Source: a virus (Duplodnaviria; Heunggongvirae; Uroviricota; Caudoviricetes). Taken from it: a stretch of 64,000 nt of DNA. How positions within the stretch are numbered: position 1 is the first letter of the stretch; every line of letters begins with the position of its first letter. The stretch covers positions 128,001 to 192,000 of the IMG/VR virus record IMGVR_UViG_2799112330_000002. One strand, given 5' to 3'. The translations under genes were made by a program, and so were the position numbers. Under the pieces are notes generated by a model that was not told the DNA's origin, searched no databases, and saw only the letters and a program-made list of their open reading frames with translations. Positions 28,658-38,335 of this stretch are shown one piece after another.

Positions 28658-28891
28658 ATGGATAAGAAAGACAAAAATGGACAAGTGATTGAATATGATT
28701 CACAACCGTATGGAAATTGTTATTTTCAATATAAAGATATTCGAATAGAAATTGATGAAGATGTTAATTTAATTAGAATTATGAAAGGTAATAATGTTAT
28801 TAAGTATTGGTATGCACAAGATACAATACAAGCATCAAAACTACCAAAGTGTTGTGATATTATTAATGAATATATAAAAGTATTTGAATAA
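28658..28891 (+). CDS. Hypothetical protein
   Basis: 77-aa ORF in a tightly packed operon. Confidence 0.55.
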   Translation: MDKKDKNGQVIEYDSQPYGNCYFQYKDIRIEIDEDVNLIRIMKGNNVIKYWYAQDTIQASKLPKCCDIINEYIKVFE

Positions 28892-28892
28892 T

Positions 28893-29063
28893 ATGATATA
28901 CGAAGGAGTTGACAAATTTGAATATAAAGTTCAAAAGATTAGTTTTAGATCTCTTGAAAAGACATTAAATGAATTAGGATCGGATGGATGGGAACTAATC
29001 ATGATAGATGAAGATAATTATATATTTAAGAGGAAGGTTACTGAAATCTTAATTAACGAATAA
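28893..29063 (+). CDS. DUF4177-like small protein (56 aa; not in ORF track)
   Basis: FEYKV...LNELGSDGWELI...IFKR pattern. Confidence 0.7.
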   Translation: MIYEGVDKFEYKVQKISFRSLEKTLNELGSDGWELIMIDEDNYIFKRKVTEILINE

Positions 29064-29094
29064 AAAATGGAAGAACTTAAGTTCTTCCATTTTT
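29063..29094. terminator. Perfect 32-bp palindrome, bidirectional terminator
   Basis: AAAAATGGAAGAACTT|AAGTTCTTCCATTTTT. Confidence 0.7.
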
Positions 29095-29098
29095 CTTT

Positions 29099-29536
29099 TT
29101 AGTCCTTTTCAATATAGTATCTTTTTAGCTTCTTGTCATATTTGATAATATCTAAATCTCCTTCATATCTTACTTCTTTATCATTGTCATCCAAATAAGA
29201 AAAATATTCCTTTTTTGCTTCTACAGCAGGATGATAGATTAGAGGAATTTCAATTTGCTGTATTGATAATAGAAAATATGTTGCATCTGGATTCTTCTTT
29301 ATTTTTGAACGTAATCCATTATATATTTTCTCTTCCCCGTTTTCAATATATGTAAAATATGAGTTCCATCCGTCTTGGGCTTGAATCTCAGGAAAATAAG
29401 TCAATTCTACTTTTTCTTCTATTATCTTTGTTTGAGTCAAGAAACCATCAATAGTATTCTCGGAAATATTCTTTACAACCTTTCCTACATAATATTTCTT
29501 ATTTCCTTCTTCATCTATATAATAATATTTGCCCAT
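29099..29536 (-). CDS. Hypothetical protein with repeated YxYxDExG hairpins
   Basis: Internal repeats; resembles 33825-34238. Confidence 0.55.
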   Translation of the reverse strand: MGKYYYIDEEGNKKYYVGKVVKNISENTIDGFLTQTKIIEEKVELTYFPEIQAQDGWNSYFTYIENGEEKIYNGLRSKIKKNPDATYFLLSIQQIEIPLIYHPAVEAKKEYFSYLDDNDKEVRYEGDLDIIKYDKKLKRYYIEKD

Positions 29537-29559
29537 TTGTTATTTACGATATTTTTAAG

Positions 29560-31194
29560 TTATAATGATGCTTTGATCTTCTTGATTTCCATATCAACGT
29601 AAGCTTTAATTGCTGCAGGAATATTTACATTTGCACTTACACCAATTACTTTGAACTTGCTAGTATCAAATGCATTTTCTCCACCGTTTTCGGTAATTGC
29701 AAAATCATTGTCTCCAAATTCAGAAGCAGGAGAAGCTAAGCCCCATGCCTTATGACCTTCACCTGCTCCAAATACTGTGAAGTTCCAAGGTGTTACATCA
29801 TCTTTGCCTTCATATTGGAATTTGATCATTACATTAGCATCATCTTCAAAACTAATTGCTACCCATGGTAATTTTGCTCCTGGAGCATTAACTGTTCCTT
29901 CCCAACAATGTACACAATTTCCATTATATGCAACAGATTCAATTGTAAATACTAGTCCTGTAGATTCTGTCAAATTGATATCATTAAACAATTCTAGATC
30001 TTGAGCTTCCATACCATAGAAAATAGGTGCATAATATGTTACATCATTGATGACAAGTTTCTGTGCTCTTTCACTTGCCCATGTTGCTCCACATTCAACA
30101 GCTTCATTACCAATATTTCCATGATAATATCTATCATTGAAGTTTACTGCTCTATTTTCTACTGCATTCCAAAGATCTTCTTCTGGATATTTCTGATAAT
30201 ATTTCTTCAATACACCGTTTTCATATGATTCTTGCCAGCTTTGAGCATTATTGATGAATTCATATTCTAATTCTGTTTCTTCACCAAATGTACCTAATTC
30301 AGCCTTTGTTGCATACTTATTGTCAGATTCTTCTTTAGTATAAGAATCTCCAACATTAGCTTTACCTGAGATATCTTGTTCAGTTAAATATTCACCTATA
30401 GGTTGGAATGCAGCATTTGCTTCATCTTTAGTATAAACATTTTCAATATTTGCCTTTGCAGCAATAGAATTAGTTAATGCAGCTACAGCATCATCATTAT
30501 TTGCGAGTTTCTCACCGATTTCCTGTAATGTATCAAGAGCTTCTGGAGCAGCACCAACAATCTTCTGAATTTCTTGAGTTACATATGCAGTTGTAGCAAT
30601 ATGTTGATTATCATTTAGTGTAACACCATCTATTGAATTAAGATTCATATGAATTTGAGCTGATCCAAAATCTGCAACATTCCATTTACTTACCATTGCG
30701 AGATTATATGTTGATACATTATCAGTAGCTGTACCAAGAATAGTATCATGATTCTTTAATACAATATGATGTCTTTCGGCTGAAGATGCTACCCAAGAAA
30801 CTTTATCATCTAAATCGGTTTTTAAAGCATAGTTTTCTAAAGCTGATGCATCAAATGATCCATCTTTACCTTTTAATGATGCAAGCCATTCTTCTTCAGT
30901 ACCTTCAAAACCATTCTCTTGGGCAATTTCATAAGCAGATTTACCGTTTTCACCGGGTTGAGCTGCTGAAGTTCCAAGTTCTTTAATCCAAGATAATAAT
31001 TCGCCAGTGGTATTGATTTCTTTTTCCTCACTAACTTCTGCCCCATTCCAATCGATATCAATAGCATTTACAACCTTACCATCATCTGTTCCAATTTGAC
31101 CTTTTACAACAATAGGAGATGTAGATAGTTCGATTCCTTCATTTTTTACTGCATTGAAAGTGATTCCATTCTGTGTTATTTCTATGTTTGCCAT
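29560..31194 (-). CDS. Fibre-like structural protein
   Basis: GKSAYEIAQENGFEGTEEEWLASLKG and GAAPEALDTLQEI motifs. Confidence 0.65.
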   Translation of the reverse strand: MANIEITQNGITFNAVKNEGIELSTSPIVVKGQIGTDDGKVVNAIDIDWNGAEVSEEKEINTTGELLSWIKELGTSAAQPGENGKSAYEIAQENGFEGTEEEWLASLKGKDGSFDASALENYALKTDLDDKVSWVASSAERHHIVLKNHDTILGTATDNVSTYNLAMVSKWNVADFGSAQIHMNLNSIDGVTLNDNQHIATTAYVTQEIQKIVGAAPEALDTLQEIGEKLANNDDAVAALTNSIAAKANIENVYTKDEANAAFQPIGEYLTEQDISGKANVGDSYTKEESDNKYATKAELGTFGEETELEYEFINNAQSWQESYENGVLKKYYQKYPEEDLWNAVENRAVNFNDRYYHGNIGNEAVECGATWASERAQKLVINDVTYYAPIFYGMEAQDLELFNDINLTESTGLVFTIESVAYNGNCVHCWEGTVNAPGAKLPWVAISFEDDANVMIKFQYEGKDDVTPWNFTVFGAGEGHKAWGLASPASEFGDNDFAITENGGENAFDTSKFKVIGVSANVNIPAAIKAYVDMEIKKIKASL

Positions 31195-31232
31195 ATTTGT
31201 TATATATGTTATATATTTTTATATTTATTAAT

Positions 31233-32156
31233 TTAACTTATCTTTATCTTAATAATACCTGTTTCAACTATTTTTGCTGATCTATAGACTTTATATCCTT
31301 CAATATTAGCCTCTGTATCAACTGTAGTAATATCTGCATCATTAAAGCCTGGATCTACAAATTGTACTGTCTTATCATCTTTTACCAAAACATATACATA
31401 ACCAGTAGCTGGTGCCTCATATGTAGATTCTTCAGGATATTCTTCAATCTCTTGAGCACCATTTGCCGTTGTATAATTATCAGTAGTTATTTCAGTTTGT
31501 CCATAAGAGAAATAATATTTTGGAACTTCAGGAGTATCAGGTTCTTCTTGAATGTTTACACTTAATGTTTTTGTAAATATTGCTTCATTATATGTTTCAG
31601 TTTCCAGTAGATGAGCTGTCAAAATAGTTTCACCATTATTACCTGTTAAAGTAACAATACCATTACTATTAATTGTAGCAATATTTGTATTAGATGAAGT
31701 GAATTCAATTTGGTTTACTGTAATATTTGGAATAGCAATCACTAGTTCTGGTAATTCATCATTAGCATTTGTTATTTCCCAAGGATCAACATATTGATGT
31801 TCAGGTTGTATTCTCCAATACATATCTCCAATGGTAACATTATACTTAAATGATTTAGGATTAACATGAATAATATCCAACAGTTTTTCTTTTGATTCTG
31901 AACTAAGATTTGTCAATCCAGCAAAAGCACCATCTTTAACAGTTATTTCTTCATTTAATTCAATATTTACAATTTGTGGATTATTTGCAAATATATCATC
32001 AGGAATTATTTTTGTTACTTCATCATCAAAAAAGAATTTAACAGTAGCTTTTTCAACCCCATTACCTAATGTATATTTACCATTATTAGCGTATAATTGA
32101 GTTAAATCAATCTCATTATCATTTACAATTATTTTCTTAAATAGATTAGTATTCAT
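31233..32156 (-). CDS. LRR + Ig-like (Big_2) virion surface protein
   Basis: IPDDIFA/DGAFAG LRR remnants; FTSSNTNIATINSNGIVT Big_2 motif. Confidence 0.65.
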   Translation of the reverse strand: MNTNLFKKIIVNDNEIDLTQLYANNGKYTLGNGVEKATVKFFFDDEVTKIIPDDIFANNPQIVNIELNEEITVKDGAFAGLTNLSSESKEKLLDIIHVNPKSFKYNVTIGDMYWRIQPEHQYVDPWEITNANDELPELVIAIPNITVNQIEFTSSNTNIATINSNGIVTLTGNNGETILTAHLLETETYNEAIFTKTLSVNIQEEPDTPEVPKYYFSYGQTEITTDNYTTANGAQEIEEYPEESTYEAPATGYVYVLVKDDKTVQFVDPGFNDADITTVDTEANIEGYKVYRSAKIVETGIIKIKIS

Positions 32157-32181
32157 TTTTATATATTATGTATTATTTTTT

Positions 32182-33798
32182 TTAATTGCCATTTATAATT
32201 TGAATATCTCCATTAGTATCTGGTTCATATTCATTAATGATATCTGGATCTGCCTCTGGTTCTGCATTATTATTTATGATTTGAATATCTCCATCATCAG
32301 TTTCAAATTCTATTTCAATGTCAGGAATTTCTTCAGGTAGAGGTTCTTGAATATTGATTACATAATTCAATATTGTTGCATTATAGTTTTCAGATCCTTC
32401 AAATGTTACTGTTATTGTAGCATTTCCTGTTGCATCCTTGAATGTAAGATTTCCTTCATTGTCTACAGTTACAAGATCTTCATTAGAAGAAATGAAAGTA
32501 ACAGGTAATGAATGAGGATTGTTGATTTCTATCTTAGCAAGATCAATCTCATCTTTATATAATGTTACTGGAGAAACTGGCATTGCATTATTGAATGATA
32601 TTCCAGAATCTTGCTTACTACCCTTTACAATTGTTATCATGACATCCATAAATGTTGCAGCATAAAGATCAGTACCCTTATATTGAATGCTTAATGCAAC
32701 ATTTCCTACACGTGATAAAGCTGGCGTAATCTTATGTTCTGCTTCGTTTATTGAAATCCATGAAGCATTTGAAGTAGCAACAATAGACAAATTACCATCT
32801 AATGGTAAGTTATTTGGATTTGAAATCCATTCAGTAATATCATAGATAGATCCTATTTCAATTGTTATATTTTTCTCTATCATTGAAAGACCTGATGCAT
32901 TCTTACGGAATGGTAATGAAAGAGAAGCAGAAAAATATGTTCCATCATAGTAAGGCTCTGTACAAGCATATATGATAACATTACCAGATTTGTTTGCTTT
33001 GAATGTCATCTCACCAGTCTGATCAATACTTACAATATCACTATTTGATGAAAGATATGTAATCTTCTGATTTGTAGTATTTTGTGGTAGTATATTGAAT
33101 CCATAGATCTGTTTTACTTGATCCTGTGTAGATGCATATGTTGTCTCAAATGAACGCATATTAGCTCCATTATAAGTGAAATTGATTTCTTCAGGTTTTA
33201 CTCTGAATCTCTCTTCAATGACATGTGAATAATCATGTACTTCATTCCACTGATCATAGTAATATTCTCCACCATCAGATAGAAGTTCATAGTCAATCTC
33301 ATCATAACCACCGATTTCATTCTTAGTAAAATATTGAACACTTCCATCAGTAACAATATGATCAAAATCTTCTACCTTTACAAATTTTGATCCATCTGGA
33401 ATATAGCAAAATGTTGTAGGAGCAAGATCAGAAAAGAAGATTGTTGGTGGTACACGTGTTTCAGGATCTTCTTTTTTTGTAAACTGGATTTCTGTTAATG
33501 AGGTACATCCATTGAAAACATTTGGTCCAACATAATCAATAGTTTCTGGAAGTTCAATCTTCTTCAACTTTACACAGTTTTCAAATGCATTTCTTTTGAT
33601 TGTTGTAATCATTGATGGGAATTCAACCTTTGTCAAATCATCACAATTCTTGAATGCATAAGCACAAATCTCATTAGTATTTTCCAATCCAATCTTTACA
33701 TTATGAACACCTGAACGAGTGAAATTATAAGTAAATGGAAATACAGTAGATTCATCTAAACTAATATTTACATCATCTATTATTATTTTATTTACCAT
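32182..33798 (-). CDS. BspA-type LRR + Ig-like (Big_2) virion surface protein
   Basis: AFKNCDDL/AFENCVKL/VFNGCTSL repeats; SSNSDIVSIDQTG and SSNEDLVTVDNEG. Confidence 0.75.
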   Translation of the reverse strand: MVNKIIIDDVNISLDESTVFPFTYNFTRSGVHNVKIGLENTNEICAYAFKNCDDLTKVEFPSMITTIKRNAFENCVKLKKIELPETIDYVGPNVFNGCTSLTEIQFTKKEDPETRVPPTIFFSDLAPTTFCYIPDGSKFVKVEDFDHIVTDGSVQYFTKNEIGGYDEIDYELLSDGGEYYYDQWNEVHDYSHVIEERFRVKPEEINFTYNGANMRSFETTYASTQDQVKQIYGFNILPQNTTNQKITYLSSNSDIVSIDQTGEMTFKANKSGNVIIYACTEPYYDGTYFSASLSLPFRKNASGLSMIEKNITIEIGSIYDITEWISNPNNLPLDGNLSIVATSNASWISINEAEHKITPALSRVGNVALSIQYKGTDLYAATFMDVMITIVKGSKQDSGISFNNAMPVSPVTLYKDEIDLAKIEINNPHSLPVTFISSNEDLVTVDNEGNLTFKDATGNATITVTFEGSENYNATILNYVINIQEPLPEEIPDIEIEFETDDGDIQIINNNAEPEADPDIINEYEPDTNGDIQIINGN

Positions 33799-33824
33799 GG
33801 TTCTTATATGTTATATATTATATA

Positions 33825-34238
33825 TTATTCTTCAAATAGTTTGATTTTCTTATTAAAGCATTTTGTTCTTTTGTCTATTCCGTAATATTTGTCATTTTCA
33901 CTATCATAATATATATCACCAAAATATTCTTTATTCTCATTATCAACAAAACGCTCTCTTTGGTAATTGACACTTGAACAACCTTTGACAAAAGTTACTG
34001 GAAGTTTAGTCACATAGTTTTTCTTAGCAACATATTCATCACTTGATACTTTCAATATATTGTAACTAGAATTGTCAAATCTTTTCTCTTGTCCTTCTTC
34101 ATTCATATATGTATAATACACTGGTTGTTCTGGCTCTTTATGATGAAAATTGAGATAGATTCTTTCCTTTTTCTTAATGATATTTTGCTTGATATTTGTC
34201 TTCTTATTACTTTTAACATCAAAAACTATGCTTGCCAT
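33825..34238 (-). CDS. Hypothetical protein
   Basis: YYTYMNEEG motif similar to 29099-29536. Confidence 0.55.
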   Translation of the reverse strand: MASIVFDVKSNKKTNIKQNIIKKKERIYLNFHHKEPEQPVYYTYMNEEGQEKRFDNSSYNILKVSSDEYVAKKNYVTKLPVTFVKGCSSVNYQRERFVDNENKEYFGDIYYDSENDKYYGIDKRTKCFNKKIKLFEE

Positions 34239-34275
34239 AAATAAAATAGTGAAATTAATTTGTATATGTTCTTAT

Positions 34276-34312
34276 TTTATATTTAAAAATAAATTATATT
34301 TTTAATTAAAAT
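34276..34312. promoter_or_regulatory. Back-to-back degenerate copies of the late 17-mer
   Basis: 34276-34292 matches 15/17 facing the minus operon; 34296-34312 matches 13/17 facing the gp4/gp2 genes. Confidence 0.45.
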
Positions 34313-34335
34313 TATAGGTAATAACAAACAAGCAT

Positions 34336-34785
34336 ATGACATCATTCATCAAGAATATGAAGCCCAAGAAAGGGTTCTATAAGCAAGGAATAGTCAATCC
34401 AAAATTGTTGAAGAAATATGCGGATTCTTTAAAGAATGAACCTATTATCTATAGAAGTGGATTAGAACTACAATTCATCCAATATTGTGAAAATAATCCA
34501 TCTATTATAAAATGGGCGTCTGAACCAATAGAGATTCCATATTTCTGTAGATTAGACCAAAAAGAACATAAATACTATCCTGACTATATTCTAGAAAACA
34601 AGCAAGGGAACAAGGTCATCGTAGAAGTAAAGCCTTATAATCAGACAATAAAGCCAGATATGACAGATACTATTTGGCTGAAAGAAGCATGGGTAAAGAA
34701 TATAGACAAATGGACTGCAGCAAAAGAATTTGCAGAAAAGCATAACATGAAATTCATTATAGTAACAGAAAAGTTCTTCACATAA
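34336..34785 (+). CDS. Head completion nuclease (T4 gp4-like)
   Basis: IYRSGLE, NPSIIKWASE, HKYYPDY, VEVKP and KWTAA motifs. Confidence 0.85.
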   Translation: MTSFIKNMKPKKGFYKQGIVNPKLLKKYADSLKNEPIIYRSGLELQFIQYCENNPSIIKWASEPIEIPYFCRLDQKEHKYYPDYILENKQGNKVIVEVKPYNQTIKPDMTDTIWLKEAWVKNIDKWTAAKEFAEKHNMKFIIVTEKFFT

Positions 34786-34806
34786 ATATATATATTCAAT
34801 CATTAA

Positions 34807-35499
34807 ATGCCTTTTAAGATAATTGCCAAAGATACTACTCAACCTAATGATAATTCTAAATTAGATGGGATGCAGACATTGCATGATATTGATAGATTCA
34901 TATATGATGCAAAAAGTATTGAAGAATTCAGAATGGATGAAGCAATTGCTAGTCATCCGTTGATTCATCGTCCAACAAACATTAGATCAAAATTGGCTTA
35001 TGCAGATCTTCTCAAGGTATGTAAGCCTACAACTAAATATCTTCTTCCTGGGCAATGTGTCATATTTGGCTATGCTGAACCTAAGTATAAGGAAGAACTT
35101 GAATACTATGACAAGACACCGTTCACAATGTTCTTGGGAATTACTCGTACAAATAATGGTGATATACGTGAAGTAGGACTTAATCTTCATTACTATCCAC
35201 CAAGAGTTCGTGCAAGAATTCTCCATACCACATATGAAGTATTTAAACATCATTTTCAGAAACATTTTAATGATCCACCAGAAAAACCATCCGGATTCAT
35301 TAACTATAATGCTTTGAAAAATATTTTAAAAAGAAATACAAAAATTGCTTTTGGTATAAAGATGTATATTCCAGTTCTAAGAGGCAAATCATATGTTCTT
35401 CCAACAAGACTATTACCTACTGCTTGTTGTACTGAAGGACACTTTTCAAAAGCAACATTAGCACAGATACATAAATATTGGAGACAGTTCAAACAATAA
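34807..35499 (+). CDS. DNA end protector protein (T4 gp2-like)
   Basis: PKYKEELEYYDKTP and GLNLHYYPPRVRA motifs; adjacent to gp4. Confidence 0.75.
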   Translation: MPFKIIAKDTTQPNDNSKLDGMQTLHDIDRFIYDAKSIEEFRMDEAIASHPLIHRPTNIRSKLAYADLLKVCKPTTKYLLPGQCVIFGYAEPKYKEELEYYDKTPFTMFLGITRTNNGDIREVGLNLHYYPPRVRARILHTTYEVFKHHFQKHFNDPPEKPSGFINYNALKNILKRNTKIAFGIKMYIPVLRGKSYVLPTRLLPTACCTEGHFSKATLAQIHKYWRQFKQ

Positions 35500-35616
35500 A
35501 TTTAAGTCTCCAGGTTCTAACAACATTTGTTATATATTGGAGACAGTTCAAACAATAAATTTAAGTCTCCAGGACAGTTCAAACAATAAATTTAAGTCTC
35601 CAGGTTCTAACAACAT
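35475..35616 (+). repeat. Triplicated ~32-bp direct repeat
   Basis: GACAGTTCAAACAATAAATTTAAGTCTCCAGG occurs three times; the first copy spans the gp2 stop codon. Confidence 0.9.
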
Positions 35617-35644
35617 AAATAAAATATATATAGAGGCAAAATTT

Positions 35645-36499
35645 ATGAAGGTAGCAATTTGTACTGTTGGTAGACTAGAAAATAGATATATCAATGAATT
35701 CGTTGATCATTATAGAAATATTGGAATTGATAAAATATTCATTCATGACAATAACTATGATGGAGAAGATCATTTTGAAGATGTATTACAACAAGATATA
35801 AATAGTGGATTAGTTGAAATTATTAATTACAGAAATAGACAAGTATGTCAACTAGAAGCTTATATGAAATGTTATGAACTTCATAAAAATGAATATGATT
35901 GGATTCTTTTTATAGATTGTGATGAATTTCTTTATATGGAGCATTTTAATAATATTCATGAATTCTTAGCTCAACCGAAATTCAATAGTTTTCAAATGAT
36001 TCATATCAATTGGATGATTTATGGTGATAATGATTTAGTATATTATGAAAATAAAAAATTAAAAGATCGATTTATTAATCCAATATTACCTTTTAATTTT
36101 AAGACTACAGAAAATGATATGACATTTAATTGTCATATTAAATCAATTATTAGAGGAGGATTAGAAAGATTAATTTTTGTTTATAGTCCACATACACCTG
36201 AAAATAATTTTAAATGTTGTGATGCCACCGGTAATGTATGTCAGTCAAATAGTCCATTTCTTGTTCCGTATAACTTTACTGAAGCACATTTCAAGCATTA
36301 TGTTACAAAGACAATTGATGAATATTATCATATTAAAGTTAAAAGAGGATTTCCGGATGTAAATAAAGATTTCTTTAAAACTAATAATTGGATTGAACAA
36401 TTTTTTAAGATAAATAAAATGACAATAGAAAAACAACTATATATAAGAGGACTATATAATAAAAATATTGTAAAAAATGAAAAATTAAATGGAATTTAA
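35645..36499 (+). CDS. Glycosyltransferase (GT2/GT92-like)
   Basis: Likely start MKVAICT at 35645; ENRYINEF, IHDN and YDWILFIDCDEF motifs. Confidence 0.8.
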   Translation: MKVAICTVGRLENRYINEFVDHYRNIGIDKIFIHDNNYDGEDHFEDVLQQDINSGLVEIINYRNRQVCQLEAYMKCYELHKNEYDWILFIDCDEFLYMEHFNNIHEFLAQPKFNSFQMIHINWMIYGDNDLVYYENKKLKDRFINPILPFNFKTTENDMTFNCHIKSIIRGGLERLIFVYSPHTPENNFKCCDATGNVCQSNSPFLVPYNFTEAHFKHYVTKTIDEYYHIKVKRGFPDVNKDFFKTNNWIEQFFKINKMTIEKQLYIRGLYNKNIVKNEKLNGI

Positions 36500-36548
36500 C
36501 CCATAGTATTTCTATTTTAATAATATTAAAAATATTTTTTTACAATAT

Positions 36549-37394
36549 ATGAATAATAGATTTTGTATTGTAATTCCTGTCTATAAAACAGATTTAAGTA
36601 TAACAGAGGAATTATCATTTAGAAACTTTATCAATACTTTCAAAAACAAAGACAACAATATTTTCTTCATATGCCCAGATGACCTTGATACAACTGCATA
36701 TGATACTGTCATAAAAAATGAATTGTCTAAGAAAGATAAGTTATTGATAGAAAGAAAGAATTTTGATGCCAAATATTTCAAAAGTGAATTCACTTATAGT
36801 CAGTTATGTGTTAACTATGATTTCTATAGTTCATTTGATGATTATGACTATATGCTTATCTGGCAGTTTGATTGCTATCTATTCAATGATAATATTGAAA
36901 AATGGTGTGATAAGGGATATGACTATATAGGAGCACCAATCATTTCTGAATATAGTGGATGGAAAAGCAATAATGATATTGTATGGAAGCCAAAAGTCGG
37001 CAATGGCGGATTAAGCTTAAGAAAGATTAGTACATTCAAAGATGTCACAAATCCAGAAGGAGAATTCTTGACATACTATAAGTCAACTTATAATAATAAT
37101 TTGTTTGAAAAACTTAAGTTTGAAGATGTATATTTCTATAATGTGTTCCGTTATTATTGGGATGCTAATATTCCTTCATGGGAAGAAGCTGGTCGATTTG
37201 CATTAGATATGAATCCAGAAGTATATGCTAATTTTGTTAATGATAAAGAATTCTTACCTATGGCTTGTCACGCATGGCCAAAGAATATTAGATTCTGGAA
37301 AGACAAAATAAAAGAAATAGACAATAACATAATAGATTATTGTGAAGAAAAATATAAAGAATTTTTTAAATTATATTATGGAGAAAAAAAATGA
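36549..37394 (+). CDS. DUF5672-like putative glycosyltransferase
   Basis: IVIPVYK, IWQFDC, YDYIGAP, VGNGGLSLRK and EDVYF motifs. Confidence 0.75.
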   Translation: MNNRFCIVIPVYKTDLSITEELSFRNFINTFKNKDNNIFFICPDDLDTTAYDTVIKNELSKKDKLLIERKNFDAKYFKSEFTYSQLCVNYDFYSSFDDYDYMLIWQFDCYLFNDNIEKWCDKGYDYIGAPIISEYSGWKSNNDIVWKPKVGNGGLSLRKISTFKDVTNPEGEFLTYYKSTYNNNLFEKLKFEDVYFYNVFRYYWDANIPSWEEAGRFALDMNPEVYANFVNDKEFLPMACHAWPKNIRFWKDKIKEIDNNIIDYCEEKYKEFFKLYYGEKK

Positions 37395-38232
37395 TGTAAA
37401 GATTTGTATTTTATGTTTATGCTCTCATCATCAAATATTTCAATACCAAGTAATGGTAGATAAAAATACATGGATTAAACATGCTCAAGAAGAAGGAATT
37501 GATGTATATAGATATGAAGGATCAAATAGAAATGAAATTATAGATGATATAATTTATTGTGATTGCGAAGATGATTTTTGGCATACATATGAAAAAACAA
37601 TTTGTGCATTTCAGCAATTAGATATTGATAAATATGATTTTGTTGTCCGTACTAATCTTACAACATATATAAATCCAAAAATATTAATACAATATTGTCA
37701 ATTCTTAAAAGATAATAATTATAATATTGCTAATGGCTGCTTATGTATAAAAGATAATATTATTAATTATCGTGGTAATAGTTTAATATTAGATAATATG
37801 GTTTGTCATTATTTATTAGATCATATTCATCCAAATACTGAACATATTCAAGATGATGGAGTATTTCAAGAAGTATTTAAAAATATAGATAATTTAAAAA
37901 TTCATTCTGTTCCATTTAGATATTATTGTAAAGAAGAATATTTTAAATATCATCCACAAACTATAAAAGAAATAACTAAAGAAAATCTTGAAGGAATTGT
38001 ATTTATTAGTTATAGAATAACAGAAATTAATAAAATAAATACAGATAAATTACATGAAAAATATAGATATATTGAATTAGGAAGATGTTATGAAATAGAT
38101 TCAGTATATAATCAATTAGAAAATAATAGTATTAAAGATAATTTTGGTTTAATATATGATGATGCTATTAATAAATTTAGATCAAATATAAATACTATTA
38201 TTCAACATAATAATACATTAGTTTATGAATAA
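37378..38232 (+). CDS. Putative glycosyltransferase (GT31/galactosyltransferase-like)
   Basis: YEKTICAF, YDFVVRTNLTTYI and QDDG motifs; likely start at ATG 37378. Confidence 0.55.
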   Translation: MEKKNDVKICILCLCSHHQIFQYQVMVDKNTWIKHAQEEGIDVYRYEGSNRNEIIDDIIYCDCEDDFWHTYEKTICAFQQLDIDKYDFVVRTNLTTYINPKILIQYCQFLKDNNYNIANGCLCIKDNIINYRGNSLILDNMVCHYLLDHIHPNTEHIQDDGVFQEVFKNIDNLKIHSVPFRYYCKEEYFKYHPQTIKEITKENLEGIVFISYRITEINKINTDKLHEKYRYIELGRCYEIDSVYNQLENNSIKDNFGLIYDDAINKFRSNINTIIQHNNTLVYE

Positions 38233-38335
38233 TAAATATAATATTTAATATTAGATAAGTACTAGCAAACTTATAGAACAAATATTTTATTTTTAATATA
38301 TAAATTCATAAACAAATATTTAAGATAATAGCAGT

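Noticed and set aside
35475-35616. Mini CRISPR array
   Set aside because: The second spacer is absent, the repeat overlaps coding sequence, flanks are co-duplicated, and no cas genes are present.
35537-35644. N-terminal extension of the glycosyltransferase in the ORF track
   Set aside because: It derives from the triplicated repeat and a TTG start; the family-like sequence starts at ATG 35645.
37378-37394. A8 slippery run at the DUF5672/GT overlap
   Set aside because: A -1 shift does not join the frames, the downstream gene has its own ATG, and A runs are common in this genome.
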